Made by a program: the position numbers and the translations under genes
Notes under the pieces: model-generated
What the model saw: the letters and a program-made list of their open reading frames with translations, nothing else
The model's database searches: none
What the model was told of the DNA's origin: nothing
Shown here: positions 46,847 to 56,913 of the stretch, in pieces
Numbering within the stretch: position 1 is the stretch's first letter
Layout: each line of letters begins with the position of its first letter
DNA from: an uncultured Candidatus Saccharibacteria bacterium
GTDB lineage: Bacteria > Patescibacteriota > UBA1384 > DTJR01
Length of the DNA stretch: 64,000 nucleotides
Direction of reading: 5' to 3'
Assembly: GCA_964487045.1 (NCBI GenBank)
Contig: CAZAOT010000002.1
Coordinates: forward strand, 123,740-187,739

Positions 46847-47428
46847 TTGGAAAAAGACTCTTTTATTATTAAAAAGTATTATTTAATCGTAATTCTGCTG
46901 TCTTTTGCTTTGGCAGTAGGTACTTTTGTCTTTTTCGCAACCGAGAAAAACGTCTATGTTTCCAGGGGAAAATTTAGCTACTATTTCTCGAGTAGCTCAA
47001 ATCCAACCAATGACCTACCTTTTGTATCCGACGCTATGACAAAATCAATTTCTGATTCTATCCAAACTCGAGCTTTCCTGGAGAAATTATATAATGCTTC
47101 GAATATTACCGTTTCCAGTAAAATATCCTCCAATCCAACTAAATATATTAAAACTAGTGTGATTGAAGGTTCAAGTGTTATACAGGTAAGTATTTTTAGT
47201 GAAAATAAGGAGACTCTTTCAAGATTAAGCCAAAAATTCTATACGGTTTTAAACAGCTCGTCACTAATATCAGGGATGGTGCCGAAGCCGAATATCAATA
47301 TCGTTGACCCCCTATATACCAATGAAAATCCTACCTATCCCAAACCCCTAGAATATGCCGGCCTGGTTTTTATCGGTTCACTACTTGTAGGGATAATGTT
47401 TCTCTATATCTTTTCAAACGAGAACTAA
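46847..47428 (+). CDS. bitopic membrane protein, possibly a short Wzz-like chain-length regulator
   Basis: TM helices at both ends flanking a hydrophilic domain of about 130 aa. Confidence 0.3.
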   Translation: MEKDSFIIKKYYLIVILLSFALAVGTFVFFATEKNVYVSRGKFSYYFSSSSNPTNDLPFVSDAMTKSISDSIQTRAFLEKLYNASNITVSSKISSNPTKYIKTSVIEGSSVIQVSIFSENKETLSRLSQKFYTVLNSSSLISGMVPKPNINIVDPLYTNENPTYPKPLEYAGLVFIGSLLVGIMFLYIFSNEN

Positions 47429-48525
47429 ATATTTATCACTCCGCTGCCTAGACAGATTCTTTCCTTTGAATCATCTTGGTCTAAATACAAGACTGCTATC
47501 TGTCCTGGAACGAGTTGAGTATTTTGATCGCTCAGAGATAGATGCAAACTTTCCTTGGAAATATTTAAAATTGCTCTGCGCGGCTGATCTGAAGATCTCG
47601 CCTTAACCCAAACTTCATAGGTTTTATCTTTCAACGAGATAAGTAAATTAAATGGCTTTAGAACAGCATCCTTACTGTAAGACAAACTTACGTCTTTAGA
47701 AACAACTAAGATATTGGGCTCTTTCTTCTCTATTACATAATAAGGGCCTCCCGGTAGCCTGATCCCCTTTCTCTGCCCCAATGTATAATGACTCAAGCCG
47801 TCGTGAGAGCCAATCTCTAGCCCGCTTTCATCAATTACCTTTCCGCTGCTTGGCCTGACCTCTAAATTTATAAAATTATCTAATTCACTAGAATCAATAA
47901 AACAAAAATCTTGGCTTTGCTTTATCTTTTTGTATTCGTCAAATATCTCGTTTTTCTTGGCCAGACTATATACATCAGCCTTATTTAGCTCTCCAAGCGG
48001 AAAAATTATTCGGCTCAAGTATTGTTTATTTAAAAATGAGAGTGAATAAGTTTGATCCTTTATCTCGTCAGCTGAGCACGTAAGAAGATATTGCTTCGAA
48101 TCCTCAAATTCTTCATATTTAATCTTTGCATAGTGACCAGTTGCTACAAATTTAGCTCCTACTTTATCCGCATATTCAAAAAGTGCTTTAAATTTAACTT
48201 TTCTGTTGCAAAATACACAAGGAGATGGAGTGCGGCTATTCTTAAGTTCTTTTTTAAAATATTCGATAACCTCTTCATTGAAAGAATCTGCTACATCTAT
48301 AATCTCATGTTTACACCCGAATGAATCACAAATTTTTCGAGCAATATCAAATGACTCTTTGGAGCAGCATACATTTTCTTTTCTTCTAGAGCATTTATAT
48401 ACTTCATACTTGAGTGAGACTCCAATGACATCGAATCCGGCATTTTTTAATAACATTAAAGAAACGGAAGAATCAACTCCTCCCGACATACCCAAAACTA
48501 CCTTATTTGAATCAAGGTTTTTCAT
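47425..48525 (-). CDS. mnmA: tRNA 2-thiouridine(34) synthase MnmA
   Basis: PP-loop VVLGMSGGVDSSV and conserved Cys residues; 366 aa. Confidence 0.9.
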   Translation of the reverse strand: MKNLDSNKVVLGMSGGVDSSVSLMLLKNAGFDVIGVSLKYEVYKCSRRKENVCCSKESFDIARKICDSFGCKHEIIDVADSFNEEVIEYFKKELKNSRTPSPCVFCNRKVKFKALFEYADKVGAKFVATGHYAKIKYEEFEDSKQYLLTCSADEIKDQTYSLSFLNKQYLSRIIFPLGELNKADVYSLAKKNEIFDEYKKIKQSQDFCFIDSSELDNFINLEVRPSSGKVIDESGLEIGSHDGLSHYTLGQRKGIRLPGGPYYVIEKKEPNILVVSKDVSLSYSKDAVLKPFNLLISLKDKTYEVWVKARSSDQPRRAILNISKESLHLSLSDQNTQLVPGQIAVLYLDQDDSKERICLGSGVINI

Positions 48526-48548
48526 AATTAAACTAAGTGACTACTATT

Positions 48549-48788
48549 CTATTTAGAAGTCTTGTTGTCTTTGGCGATTAGGAAGATATAAATTATCTCC
48601 AGTAGCCCGAGAGTGTTTAGGATAAGCAAGACAACATACCATGCAGTTTCTCCGCGTCTAGCGGCCTTCCAGAGGGCAATACCCTTCCATACTGCACTCC
48701 ATAGAGCGACTAAAGTAATTACAAATACACCAATAGATGTAGCCAGAAAAGCTGCCATCCCACTATCAGTTGCTAATTCCTGTTCCAT
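48549..48788 (-). CDS. small membrane protein (PLD-nuclease-N-like / DUF-type)
   Basis: Two TM helices; ALWSAVWKGIALWKAAR...WYVVLLILNTLGLLEIIYIF. Confidence 0.35.
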   Translation of the reverse strand: MEQELATDSGMAAFLATSIGVFVITLVALWSAVWKGIALWKAARRGETAWYVVLLILNTLGLLEIIYIFLIAKDNKTSK

Positions 48789-48792
48789 TTTG

Positions 48793-49074
48793 TTACCTCC
48801 ATTTACCTAATATTTTATCAATTTTAGCCTCAATTTTCAAGGCATAATCAGTTGATTTTTTACGTAAATTCTTTGGCAAAAAACTAATTATAAATTTTGC
48901 AATTTTGCCGTTCGCGTCGAAGAAAAGAAGACCGACTATTATTAGAATCCAATCAGGCATAATAGGAAAAACTAGTCCCACAAGACCAATAATTATTAAG
49001 ACAAAACCTATCAGAAGCCTTAAAACAAATAGAATATCACGAGGAATAAGTCTGATTTCATTTTTCAGCGACAT
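48793..49074 (-). CDS. small membrane protein (YbaN/DUF454-like)
   Basis: Two TM helices; FPIMPDWILIIVGLLFF. Confidence 0.35.
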   Translation of the reverse strand: MSLKNEIRLIPRDILFVLRLLIGFVLIIIGLVGLVFPIMPDWILIIVGLLFFDANGKIAKFIISFLPKNLRKKSTDYALKIEAKIDKILGKWR

Positions 49075-49092
49075 GTTTATATTATGACCTAA

Positions 49093-49848
49093 CTAGCTAT
49101 TTAGCTCAATCAAGACTGGACAGTGGTCGGAGCCAAAAACATCTGAGAGAATCTTTATATCTTTGACCTTAGAAAGCATTTTTTTTCTTGAGAGAAAATA
49201 GTCGATTCGCCAGCCCACGTTCCTTTCCCTAGCCTTAAACCTCTGACTCCACCAGGTATATTCACGAGATTGAGGATGAAGAAAACGAAATATATCTATC
49301 CAGCCATCTGCGAGCATTTCATCCATAAACTCGCGTTCCTTATTGGTAAAGCCAGCATTTTTGGTATTGTCTTTTGGCCTGGCTAAATCTATTTCATTAT
49401 GCGCAACATTTAAATCTCCACAAACCAGAACCTCTCTCTCCTTGAAGCTCTTTAAATATTCCTTAACTGCCTTATTCATTTCGATCTTGAAACCAAGTCT
49501 AGCCAATTCCCTGCCTGAATGAGGCAGATAAAAATTTATTAGAACAAATTTATCAAAGAATAACGTAATAGCTCTCCCCTCTTTATCAAATATCTTATTA
49601 TCGATCCCGTAAACCACTTTCGATGGCTTTATCTTTGAATACACTGACACTCCCGAATATCCCGGCTTTTCGGCGTGGAACCAGAAAGATGTATACCCAT
49701 CAAAATTTTTAAGCTCTTCGGGAAGGCGACTATCATCGACCTTTATTTCCTGAAGACATAGAATATCAATATTGTATTTTTTTAAAAAATCTCTTAACTC
49801 TTTTGTAGCGGACCGAAGACCATTAATATTCCAAGAAGCAATTTTCAT
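49093..49848 (-). CDS. xth: exodeoxyribonuclease III
   Basis: MKIASWNINGLRSA...DILCLQEIKV and C-terminal SDHCPV; the start is chosen at MKIASW. Confidence 0.85.
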   Translation of the reverse strand: MKIASWNINGLRSATKELRDFLKKYNIDILCLQEIKVDDSRLPEELKNFDGYTSFWFHAEKPGYSGVSVYSKIKPSKVVYGIDNKIFDKEGRAITLFFDKFVLINFYLPHSGRELARLGFKIEMNKAVKEYLKSFKEREVLVCGDLNVAHNEIDLARPKDNTKNAGFTNKEREFMDEMLADGWIDIFRFLHPQSREYTWWSQRFKARERNVGWRIDYFLSRKKMLSKVKDIKILSDVFGSDHCPVLIELNS

Positions 49849-50465
49849 ATATACCACCTGTGGTCGCGAAGCCACTTACGATTTATTTTATAATCTTTCA
49901 TCAATGATTCCACCTCGCTCCAGAACCTACTAGAATGATTCTTCACTTTTATGTGACATAGCTCATGAATCACTACATATTCTATCACTTGAAGAGGACA
50001 CATAGCGAGCTTAATATTAAAAGTTAAATCGTCCTCCGGCGAACAACTGCCCCACTTCGAAAGATAATATGAAAATTTAAGTTTGCCACAAGTGAATTGC
50101 GGATACTTATCAATAAGATCTTTGACTATCACTGAAGTTTCTTGCTTAAGAAATTTTTCTAAGGCCTTTTTTCTTTCTAAGTTTGTACTTCCGATTGATC
50201 TAAGCGTGATCAAATTTTGCTCAATCTTTTCTTCTTCCCCAAAACGTAAAGTCCTGACAGTTCCTAGGTAATAGATCTCATTAGGATTAAGTTTTTTTGA
50301 TTTCTGAGTCTTCAAAAGTGTTTTCTTTATCCAAGATTCTTTCTCTGTCACAAATCGATCAATAAATATTTTTGGCAACAGAAAAGGAGAGCGTACTATT
50401 ATCTCACTACCAATAACCTGCACGCATAAAGTCCTACGCTTCGATCGAATGATTTTATAATCCAT
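49845..50465 (-). CDS. YgjP/DUF45-family metal-dependent hydrolase (M48-like HExxH)
   Basis: HELCHIKVKNHSSRFW (HExxH...) and an N-terminal pattern typical of the YgjP family. Confidence 0.65.
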   Translation of the reverse strand: MDYKIIRSKRRTLCVQVIGSEIIVRSPFLLPKIFIDRFVTEKESWIKKTLLKTQKSKKLNPNEIYYLGTVRTLRFGEEEKIEQNLITLRSIGSTNLERKKALEKFLKQETSVIVKDLIDKYPQFTCGKLKFSYYLSKWGSCSPEDDLTFNIKLAMCPLQVIEYVVIHELCHIKVKNHSSRFWSEVESLMKDYKINRKWLRDHRWYI

Positions 50466-50487
50466 AAAATGAGCCGAGGCTCACTTT

Positions 50488-50580
50488 GCTAACCGCAACA
50501 CGAACAATTTTCGCAGTCACCTTCGCAATCTTCTTTCTCCTCGACTTCTTCGTCCTTCTTTGGCTTTTCTTCTTCGCTCA
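50488..50580 (-). CDS. candidate 30-aa cysteine-rich peptide (MSEEEKPKKDEEVEEKEDCEGDCENCSCCG)
   Basis: Manual translation; ATG preceded by AAAGGAAAT; five Cys in the last 12 residues; lies between rarA and the YgjP-like gene. Confidence 0.3.
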
Positions 50581-50626
50581 TATATTTCCTTTCATTTTGA
50601 TATTATATTTTTCTAACGCTTTGTTT

Positions 50627-51805
50627 TCAAGATAATTTATCCTTTATCCTCTTTTCAATACCATGATCAGTCGGAAAATAATATTTATGATTTTTAATTT
50701 TATCAGGAAGCCTGTCGGATGACCCCTTGCTTCCATAACCAAGATCCTTCATTAGACTAGTAGGAGCATTACGTAAATTCAAAGGTACATCAAGGTTACC
50801 AAACTGCTTTATGTCTTTTCTAGCACGACCAATCGCCTCATCACATGAGCGGCTCTTAGGAGCGACTGAGAGATAGATAACGGCTTCGCTGAGAACTACA
50901 TCGCATTCTGGCATTCCGATAAAGTGGCAGGCGTTATAAGCGCTTGTCGCTATCATTAATGCATGGGGATCTGATACACCAATATCTTCACTGGAAAATC
51001 TGATAAGTCTTCGGGCAATATAAAGCGGATCCTCTCCGGCATCGAGCATTCTTGCTAGATAGTAGACCGCAGCGTCAGGGTCCGATGCTCTCATCGATTT
51101 ATGAAGAGCCGAAATAATGTTGTAATGCTCTTCACCAGCACGATCGTATTTAAGTACTTTTATAAATTTGGATTTTTCAATTAATTTTTTATCAATTTTC
51201 TTCGACTGTGCGACGAGATCTTCAATTGTATTTAGAAGAATTCTCGCATCACCATTCGAATTTTCAACAATTAATTTTCTGGCTTCATCATCAATGCTAA
51301 TCTTGCCAAGTTTTAAAACAGCTTTATCTAATATTTTGTTTAAATCTTCTTCTTGAAGACGATTCAGCATCAAAACCTTACTTCTTGAGATCAAAGGGGA
51401 AATGACCGTGAATGATGGATTTTCAGTAGTAGCACCGATCAGCACAATATCCCCTTTCTCGATATATGGCAGCAAAACATCCTGTTGAGCCTTGTTGAAT
51501 CGATGAATTTCATCAATAAAAATTATCGTTTTTGAGGGCTTGTTGGCCTTTGCTATCTCGAGCTCTTCACGAAGCTTTTTAGTTGTACCCAAAACTGCAT
51601 TAATTTGTACAAAATTCGCTTTTGTAGATTTTGAAATTATATTCGCAAGCGTAGTCTTACCCGACCCTGGCGGACCAAAAAGAATTATCGAGGAGAGCTG
51701 ATCCTTATTAATAGCGTTTTTCAGAAAACTTGCACCTGAAATAAGATGATTTTGCCCTATAAATTCATCTAAGCTTTGAGGTCGTAAATCTTCTGCTAAT
51801 GGCAT
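50627..51805 (-). CDS. rarA: replication-associated recombination protein A (AAA+ ATPase)
   Basis: Walker A GPPGSGKTTLA, Walker B IIFIDEIHR, MgsA C-terminal domain. Confidence 0.9.
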   Translation of the reverse strand: MPLAEDLRPQSLDEFIGQNHLISGASFLKNAINKDQLSSIILFGPPGSGKTTLANIISKSTKANFVQINAVLGTTKKLREELEIAKANKPSKTIIFIDEIHRFNKAQQDVLLPYIEKGDIVLIGATTENPSFTVISPLISRSKVLMLNRLQEEDLNKILDKAVLKLGKISIDDEARKLIVENSNGDARILLNTIEDLVAQSKKIDKKLIEKSKFIKVLKYDRAGEEHYNIISALHKSMRASDPDAAVYYLARMLDAGEDPLYIARRLIRFSSEDIGVSDPHALMIATSAYNACHFIGMPECDVVLSEAVIYLSVAPKSRSCDEAIGRARKDIKQFGNLDVPLNLRNAPTSLMKDLGYGSKGSSDRLPDKIKNHKYYFPTDHGIEKRIKDKLS

Positions 51806-51879
51806 AAATACTTGCTTATTTTTCCTATCCTGTTACATAATACAACTAAATAATATCTATATGGTAAAATAAAACAGGT

Positions 51880-54024
51880 ATGAGTGAAATAATCAACTAC
51901 ACAAGATTAACAACCTCAGATAAGCTTGAGAACAAATTCGTAACTTGTCAGGCCCATATACCTCAGGATCGCGACAAAGCTGAGCTTGGGACAATCTTTG
52001 CTGAGATTGAAATCGATTCTCCGTGGTTTGCTACTTCGCAGGTTGGTCAAACAGTCATCAATACCCTCATTAAAGAATATTATCGAGGCACTGATTCATC
52101 AGAGCTGATAAATTTTGAAGAAGCAATTAAGAAGGTTAATGAGTCTCTCGCTCATATCGCTCAAAGTGGTGAAACCGAATGGATTGGTAAATTGTCAGGT
52201 GTTTTAGTTTTGCTAAATGGTGGGGAAATTAATTTTTCACAAACTGGATCCTCACACGCTTATCTATATAGAACTGGCAAGATAAATCATATCACCGAAG
52301 GATTAGAAAACAGTGAACCACCGCATCCTTTAAAAACATTTTCTAACCTAACCAGTGGATCCCTGCAAGAAGACGACAAAATAATAATCGCAAATAATGC
52401 TTTCTTCGAAGTAATTAGCCCAACCGAACTCAAGCTGATCATTACCTCGCTTCCTCCGTCACTTGCGGCTATCGAGTGCGCAAAAATAATGCAAGCTCAC
52501 GGCTGCCAAGACGCAAATGCAATCTTTATTGAATTAACTACAATTGATAAATTAGCGAACCTTCCACCTGATCAGAAAATTGAAGCTGTTTATTTAGACC
52601 AGCAAATTCTGACTCTAGGAAGAATTAGTAAAAACGCAATTAAAAACATTACATCATCATCAAAAAACTCACTAAAAAAAGTCCTAAGTGCATTCTCTAG
52701 ATTTTCTCATGAAAAAATTAAGCCCCTTGCAGTTAAGGGAATCGAAAAATCAAAAGAAAAGTCAAAACAAGCCTTGCAGGCAACTTCAAAGTTAGTTGAT
52801 CCTACAAGTAGAGAAGAGGGCGCAGAGATAGTCTCTTCAAGCGAAAATGTCGATGCTGAATATATTGAAACAAAAACTAAGTTCTCATTATCTGGATTAT
52901 TTACCAAAATCCGAAATAAAATCAGAAGGCCACTCATAAAGATCGGTTTTTATACTAAGAAAAAATCAAAAATGTATCTTGTGCTGCTAGTGGTAGTTCT
53001 AGTTGGACTGGGAGCAGTTGTATATTTCTCTTTAAGCGCCCAGAAAAACAGGGCTAATTTAAAAGAAGCTGAAGCAGCATACCAACAGATCGTCTCCCTC
53101 TCAGGCGAAGCTGACATACTTTCTACAAATAACAATATAGATTCGGCTGTAAATAAATATTCTGCAGTTCTTGATTTGCAAGAAAAGATAAAGGATACAA
53201 AATATCAAAGTCAAGCTCAAGCATTGCTTGATAAGGCAAGCAAAAAAATTGCCGAGATGACACACCTAAAAGATGCTACGCTCCTATCATCCGCTGACCT
53301 AGCCGGAACCTCGCAGGTCATGATCCTTAAGGATATTGTCTATGCATCAAGTGGAAGCGATTTATATAGCGGTAAGACCGATGCAAAAACATTTGTAAAA
53401 ACAGCAGCATTAGGATTCAAACCAAGCACAATAGTACAAATCGAAGACCTAGATCTTTTCGCAGCACTTTCTGGCAGTAAATTAATAAGCTTTAATTCTA
53501 CTGGCAACGAATTAAAAAATTCATCTCTTGAATTCAAGGAGCCTAATCTGCTCGCAGTATTTGCTTCAAATCTGTACGTAAGCGACAATTCTGACAACCA
53601 ACTCTGGAAAGTCAGTTACGATGATGGTGGATTCAATAAAAAATCTGAGTATTTTAAGGATGCCGTCAATGTATCACAGATAAAGTCAATCGCGATTGAT
53701 GGTAGTGTCTATACGATGAGTCCATCCGGCGAGGTAACTAGATATTCAAGAGGAAATAAAGTTTCGAATTTTCAAGTCAACGCACCTGGTAGCAAAAACA
53801 TTGAATGCGTAAAAATACTCGCCAATGATCAAGCAGAAAACATGTTGATTGCAGCTAAAATTTCCGACCGTTACCGGGTCATAAAAATTAAAAAAAGTGG
53901 GGAAATAATTAGCCAGTACAATCTCGCCGGTGTTTCAAAATTAGATTCAATTTCAGCAAATCGCGCTCTAGACACCATTTATTTATCAACAGAGAACAAG
54001 ATACTTTCCTTTTCTGTGAACTAA
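51880..54024 (+). CDS. bitopic membrane protein: an N-terminal cytoplasmic degenerate PP2C-like domain, one TM, and a C-terminal extracytoplasmic domain of about 340 aa
   Basis: LNGGEINFSQTGSSHAYLYRTGKINHITEGL resembles the PP2C GDSRayl...LTxDH block; DDKIIIANNAFFEVISPTEL resembles the LCSDGL block. The metal-binding Asp residues appear substituted; TM MYLVLLVVVLVGLGAVVYF. Confidence 0.4.
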   Translation: MSEIINYTRLTTSDKLENKFVTCQAHIPQDRDKAELGTIFAEIEIDSPWFATSQVGQTVINTLIKEYYRGTDSSELINFEEAIKKVNESLAHIAQSGETEWIGKLSGVLVLLNGGEINFSQTGSSHAYLYRTGKINHITEGLENSEPPHPLKTFSNLTSGSLQEDDKIIIANNAFFEVISPTELKLIITSLPPSLAAIECAKIMQAHGCQDANAIFIELTTIDKLANLPPDQKIEAVYLDQQILTLGRISKNAIKNITSSSKNSLKKVLSAFSRFSHEKIKPLAVKGIEKSKEKSKQALQATSKLVDPTSREEGAEIVSSSENVDAEYIETKTKFSLSGLFTKIRNKIRRPLIKIGFYTKKKSKMYLVLLVVVLVGLGAVVYFSLSAQKNRANLKEAEAAYQQIVSLSGEADILSTNNNIDSAVNKYSAVLDLQEKIKDTKYQSQAQALLDKASKKIAEMTHLKDATLLSSADLAGTSQVMILKDIVYASSGSDLYSGKTDAKTFVKTAALGFKPSTIVQIEDLDLFAALSGSKLISFNSTGNELKNSSLEFKEPNLLAVFASNLYVSDNSDNQLWKVSYDDGGFNKKSEYFKDAVNVSQIKSIAIDGSVYTMSPSGEVTRYSRGNKVSNFQVNAPGSKNIECVKILANDQAENMLIAAKISDRYRVIKIKKSGEIISQYNLAGVSKLDSISANRALDTIYLSTENKILSFSVN

Positions 54025-55664
54025 AGCCTATCGAACTTCGAAATGCCAAGTAGATCTAGGCCTTCGCCTATCATTGCCTTGTAAAGATATACTATTTGAA
54101 TATTTTGAGAGTCTTTTTCTGTTCTAGTGATAATTCTATTTTGTTCGTAGTATGAGTTAAACTTATTAGCAAGATTATAAATAAAATCGGCTAGAATACT
54201 TGGCTCAGATTTCTCGGCCGATCGAAGCAATATCCCTTGATACTTAATCGCCTCTCGCAAAAGTTCAGTCGAATCCTCTGAAAAGTTCGTTTCGCTTGGA
54301 ACTGGATTTTGCTTTTCGTACTCAGAGGTTAGTGATGATAATCTGGCATAGGCGTACTGAAGATAAATTGAACTATTTCCTCTTAGATCAATCATCTTAT
54401 CAAATGAAAAGACTACATCTGTTCGGCGATTAGAAGATAGGTCAGCATACTTAATAGCTGAGATCGCTAAATCAATTGCCTCTCCATTAAACTTACTCTT
54501 TTTTTCTGTAAGCATTGCTTCCACTCTTTTTTTTGCTTCTTCGATCAAATCCTCAAGAAGTATGACTCTTCCTTGCCTGGTAGACATTTTGCCTTCAGGA
54601 AGGCGCATCATCCCGTGTCCAGCAAAAACCATTTGTGCGTTGCCAAGATAATCTAATTTTTTAGCAACTTGCTCCAACTGCTTAAAATGCAATTGTTGAT
54701 CTTGGCCGACGTGATAGATAAGTTCGCTTGGCTTGAATTGATCCATTCGATATTTGATCGCCGCTAAATCCCTGGTCATGTATAAAGTTGCTCCGTCCTG
54801 CCTTTTAATTAAAGCAGGCGGTAAATCATCCAGCTCGACAACCATAGCTCCCTCAGACTGAGTTAACAGATTTTTATTCTCTAAGTCAGCGATTACATCT
54901 TTGACCATGTTTTCATAAAAGCTCTCGCCAATTACGTTGTCGATTTTGATGTCTAAAATTTTATAAATTCGATCAAATTCATCAAAACTCCAATTGACAC
55001 ATTTCTGCCAAATTTCTCGCGCCTCTGGGTCTCCATCTTCAAGCTTCTTTGACCAGCCCCTGGCTTCTTCGTCTAATTCAGAACGCTTAGAAGCTTCATC
55101 GTGAAACCTAACATAAAGCTCATTTAATTTTTTAATTGGGTTTGCGGCTATCTCTTCATCATTACCCCAATTTTTAATCGCATAGATTAATTTGCCAAAT
55201 TGGGTCCCCCAATCACCAATATGATTGATGCCAATCGCTTCGTATCCAAGAGCCTTATGAATATTCAGATTAGCTTGCCCGATTACAGTTGACCTCAAGT
55301 GTCCAACAGAAAATGGTTTGGCAATATTAGGACCAGAATAATCGATCACAACGACTTCACCAGGAATCATCCTCTGGTAAGAACCGATATCAGAAATAAT
55401 TGCTTTAGCCTCAGCCTCCAAAGACTCTAGAGAAAACTTGAAATTTATAAAACCTGACTCGAATTTTATTGACTCGACAAGATCAGTCGAAATTGCTTCT
55501 CTCAAGCGTTTTACCAGCTCATTTATATCAGGCTCAATTGATTTGAGAGTTTGCAGTTGATTAGGCGCTATTGCCAGATCAGCAAACCTTCCCCCATCTA
55601 TCAAATCTATCTGCTCAATACCGAGATCTGATTTTATTAGTAGAGATAGCTTTTGTTTAAGCAT
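54021..55664 (-). CDS. argS: arginine--tRNA ligase
   Basis: Class I motifs (PNIAKPFSVGHLRS...), DALR anticodon-binding C-terminus; 547 aa. Confidence 0.9.
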   Translation of the reverse strand: MLKQKLSLLIKSDLGIEQIDLIDGGRFADLAIAPNQLQTLKSIEPDINELVKRLREAISTDLVESIKFESGFINFKFSLESLEAEAKAIISDIGSYQRMIPGEVVVIDYSGPNIAKPFSVGHLRSTVIGQANLNIHKALGYEAIGINHIGDWGTQFGKLIYAIKNWGNDEEIAANPIKKLNELYVRFHDEASKRSELDEEARGWSKKLEDGDPEAREIWQKCVNWSFDEFDRIYKILDIKIDNVIGESFYENMVKDVIADLENKNLLTQSEGAMVVELDDLPPALIKRQDGATLYMTRDLAAIKYRMDQFKPSELIYHVGQDQQLHFKQLEQVAKKLDYLGNAQMVFAGHGMMRLPEGKMSTRQGRVILLEDLIEEAKKRVEAMLTEKKSKFNGEAIDLAISAIKYADLSSNRRTDVVFSFDKMIDLRGNSSIYLQYAYARLSSLTSEYEKQNPVPSETNFSEDSTELLREAIKYQGILLRSAEKSEPSILADFIYNLANKFNSYYEQNRIITRTEKDSQNIQIVYLYKAMIGEGLDLLGISKFDRL

Positions 55665-56856
55665 TGTGTTTTACCTTAACAAAATTTCTCTTTCCAACAC
55701 TAAGTACATATTCACGTTTATCGACCACAAAACTTGGGTCGGTAGCGATGTCGGAATCTATCTTAACCGCGCCCTGCTCAATCAGACGCCTTGCGCTAGA
55801 TTTACTGCTAGCAAGTCCTGTTTCGATCAAAACAGACAAAAGATCACCAGACTCTACTTTCATCTCTTTAATTTCGGACGGCAGTTCCTTGCGAGAAAAA
55901 ACACTCTCAAAATTTTCAGCTGCCTTTTTTGCATGTTCTTCGCTATTAAGCATTTTGGTTAACTCATAAGCCAGCTCTTTCTTGAAAATCATCGGGTTTT
56001 CGCCAGACTCAATCGCTTTTTTAATTTCATCGATACGTGGCATCTCCACATCGGTAATGTATTCGAAACATTTTACAATCACATCATCAGACAAACTCAT
56101 AATCATACCGTAAAAATCACTAGGCTCGCTATCAAGCGCAATAACATTTCCTTCTGTTTTGCCAATCTTCTTGCCTTGAGAGTCAGTCAAAAGCGGCGTG
56201 GTCATTACGTACTTCTCCTTACCAAGCATTTTCTTAGCCAAATTTCTTCCACAAAGCATATTAAATGTTTGGTCATCTCCGCCAAGCTCTAAATCCACTT
56301 CCATTGCAACGGAATCATAGGCTTGCAACATTGGATAAAAAAACTCTCTCATGTTGATAAACTCACCCGCCTGTTTTCGCTTGGCATAGAGATCTCTTTC
56401 CTCTAATTGCTGTAAGGTAAAATTATCTGCAATATTAAGAACATCAACTAAAGTAAGTTTATTTAGCCAGTCACCGTTATATAAAATCTTGACTGGATTG
56501 TCTCCATCAAATCTGACAATTCTTCCCGCCTGCATGACATAATCCTTGGCGTTACTCTTAAGCTCCTCATTGGTCAGATATTTTTCCCTGGAACGAGTTT
56601 TTCCAGAAGGATCGCCGGCCTGGCCTGTGCCATCACCAATTAAAAATATTACTTCGTGGCCGAGATCCTGCCATTGACGCAATTTCTTGAGTCCGACAAT
56701 ATGACCAATATGAAGCTTTATTCCAGTAGGATCAAAACCCTGATAAAGCTTTAATTTCTTTCCTGATTCTAAATCTTTGCGCAATATTTCTTCTGAAGGG
56801 TAGATATTTTCAACACCTCGAGTCAGAAGTTCTTCAATTTTATCCATATTAATCAC
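55657..56856 (-). CDS. tyrS: tyrosine--tRNA ligase
   Basis: HIGH motif (GFDPTGIKLHIGHIVGL), KMSKS-like KIGKTEGN, C-terminal S4 domain. Confidence 0.9.
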   Translation of the reverse strand: MINMDKIEELLTRGVENIYPSEEILRKDLESGKKLKLYQGFDPTGIKLHIGHIVGLKKLRQWQDLGHEVIFLIGDGTGQAGDPSGKTRSREKYLTNEELKSNAKDYVMQAGRIVRFDGDNPVKILYNGDWLNKLTLVDVLNIADNFTLQQLEERDLYAKRKQAGEFINMREFFYPMLQAYDSVAMEVDLELGGDDQTFNMLCGRNLAKKMLGKEKYVMTTPLLTDSQGKKIGKTEGNVIALDSEPSDFYGMIMSLSDDVIVKCFEYITDVEMPRIDEIKKAIESGENPMIFKKELAYELTKMLNSEEHAKKAAENFESVFSRKELPSEIKEMKVESGDLLSVLIETGLASSKSSARRLIEQGAVKIDSDIATDPSFVVDKREYVLSVGKRNFVKVKHNA

Positions 56857-56913
56857 CCTGCCTTTATTTTTAAGCTAAATTTTATTAAGCTTCTTATTAT
56901 TTCAGGTTCGTTC

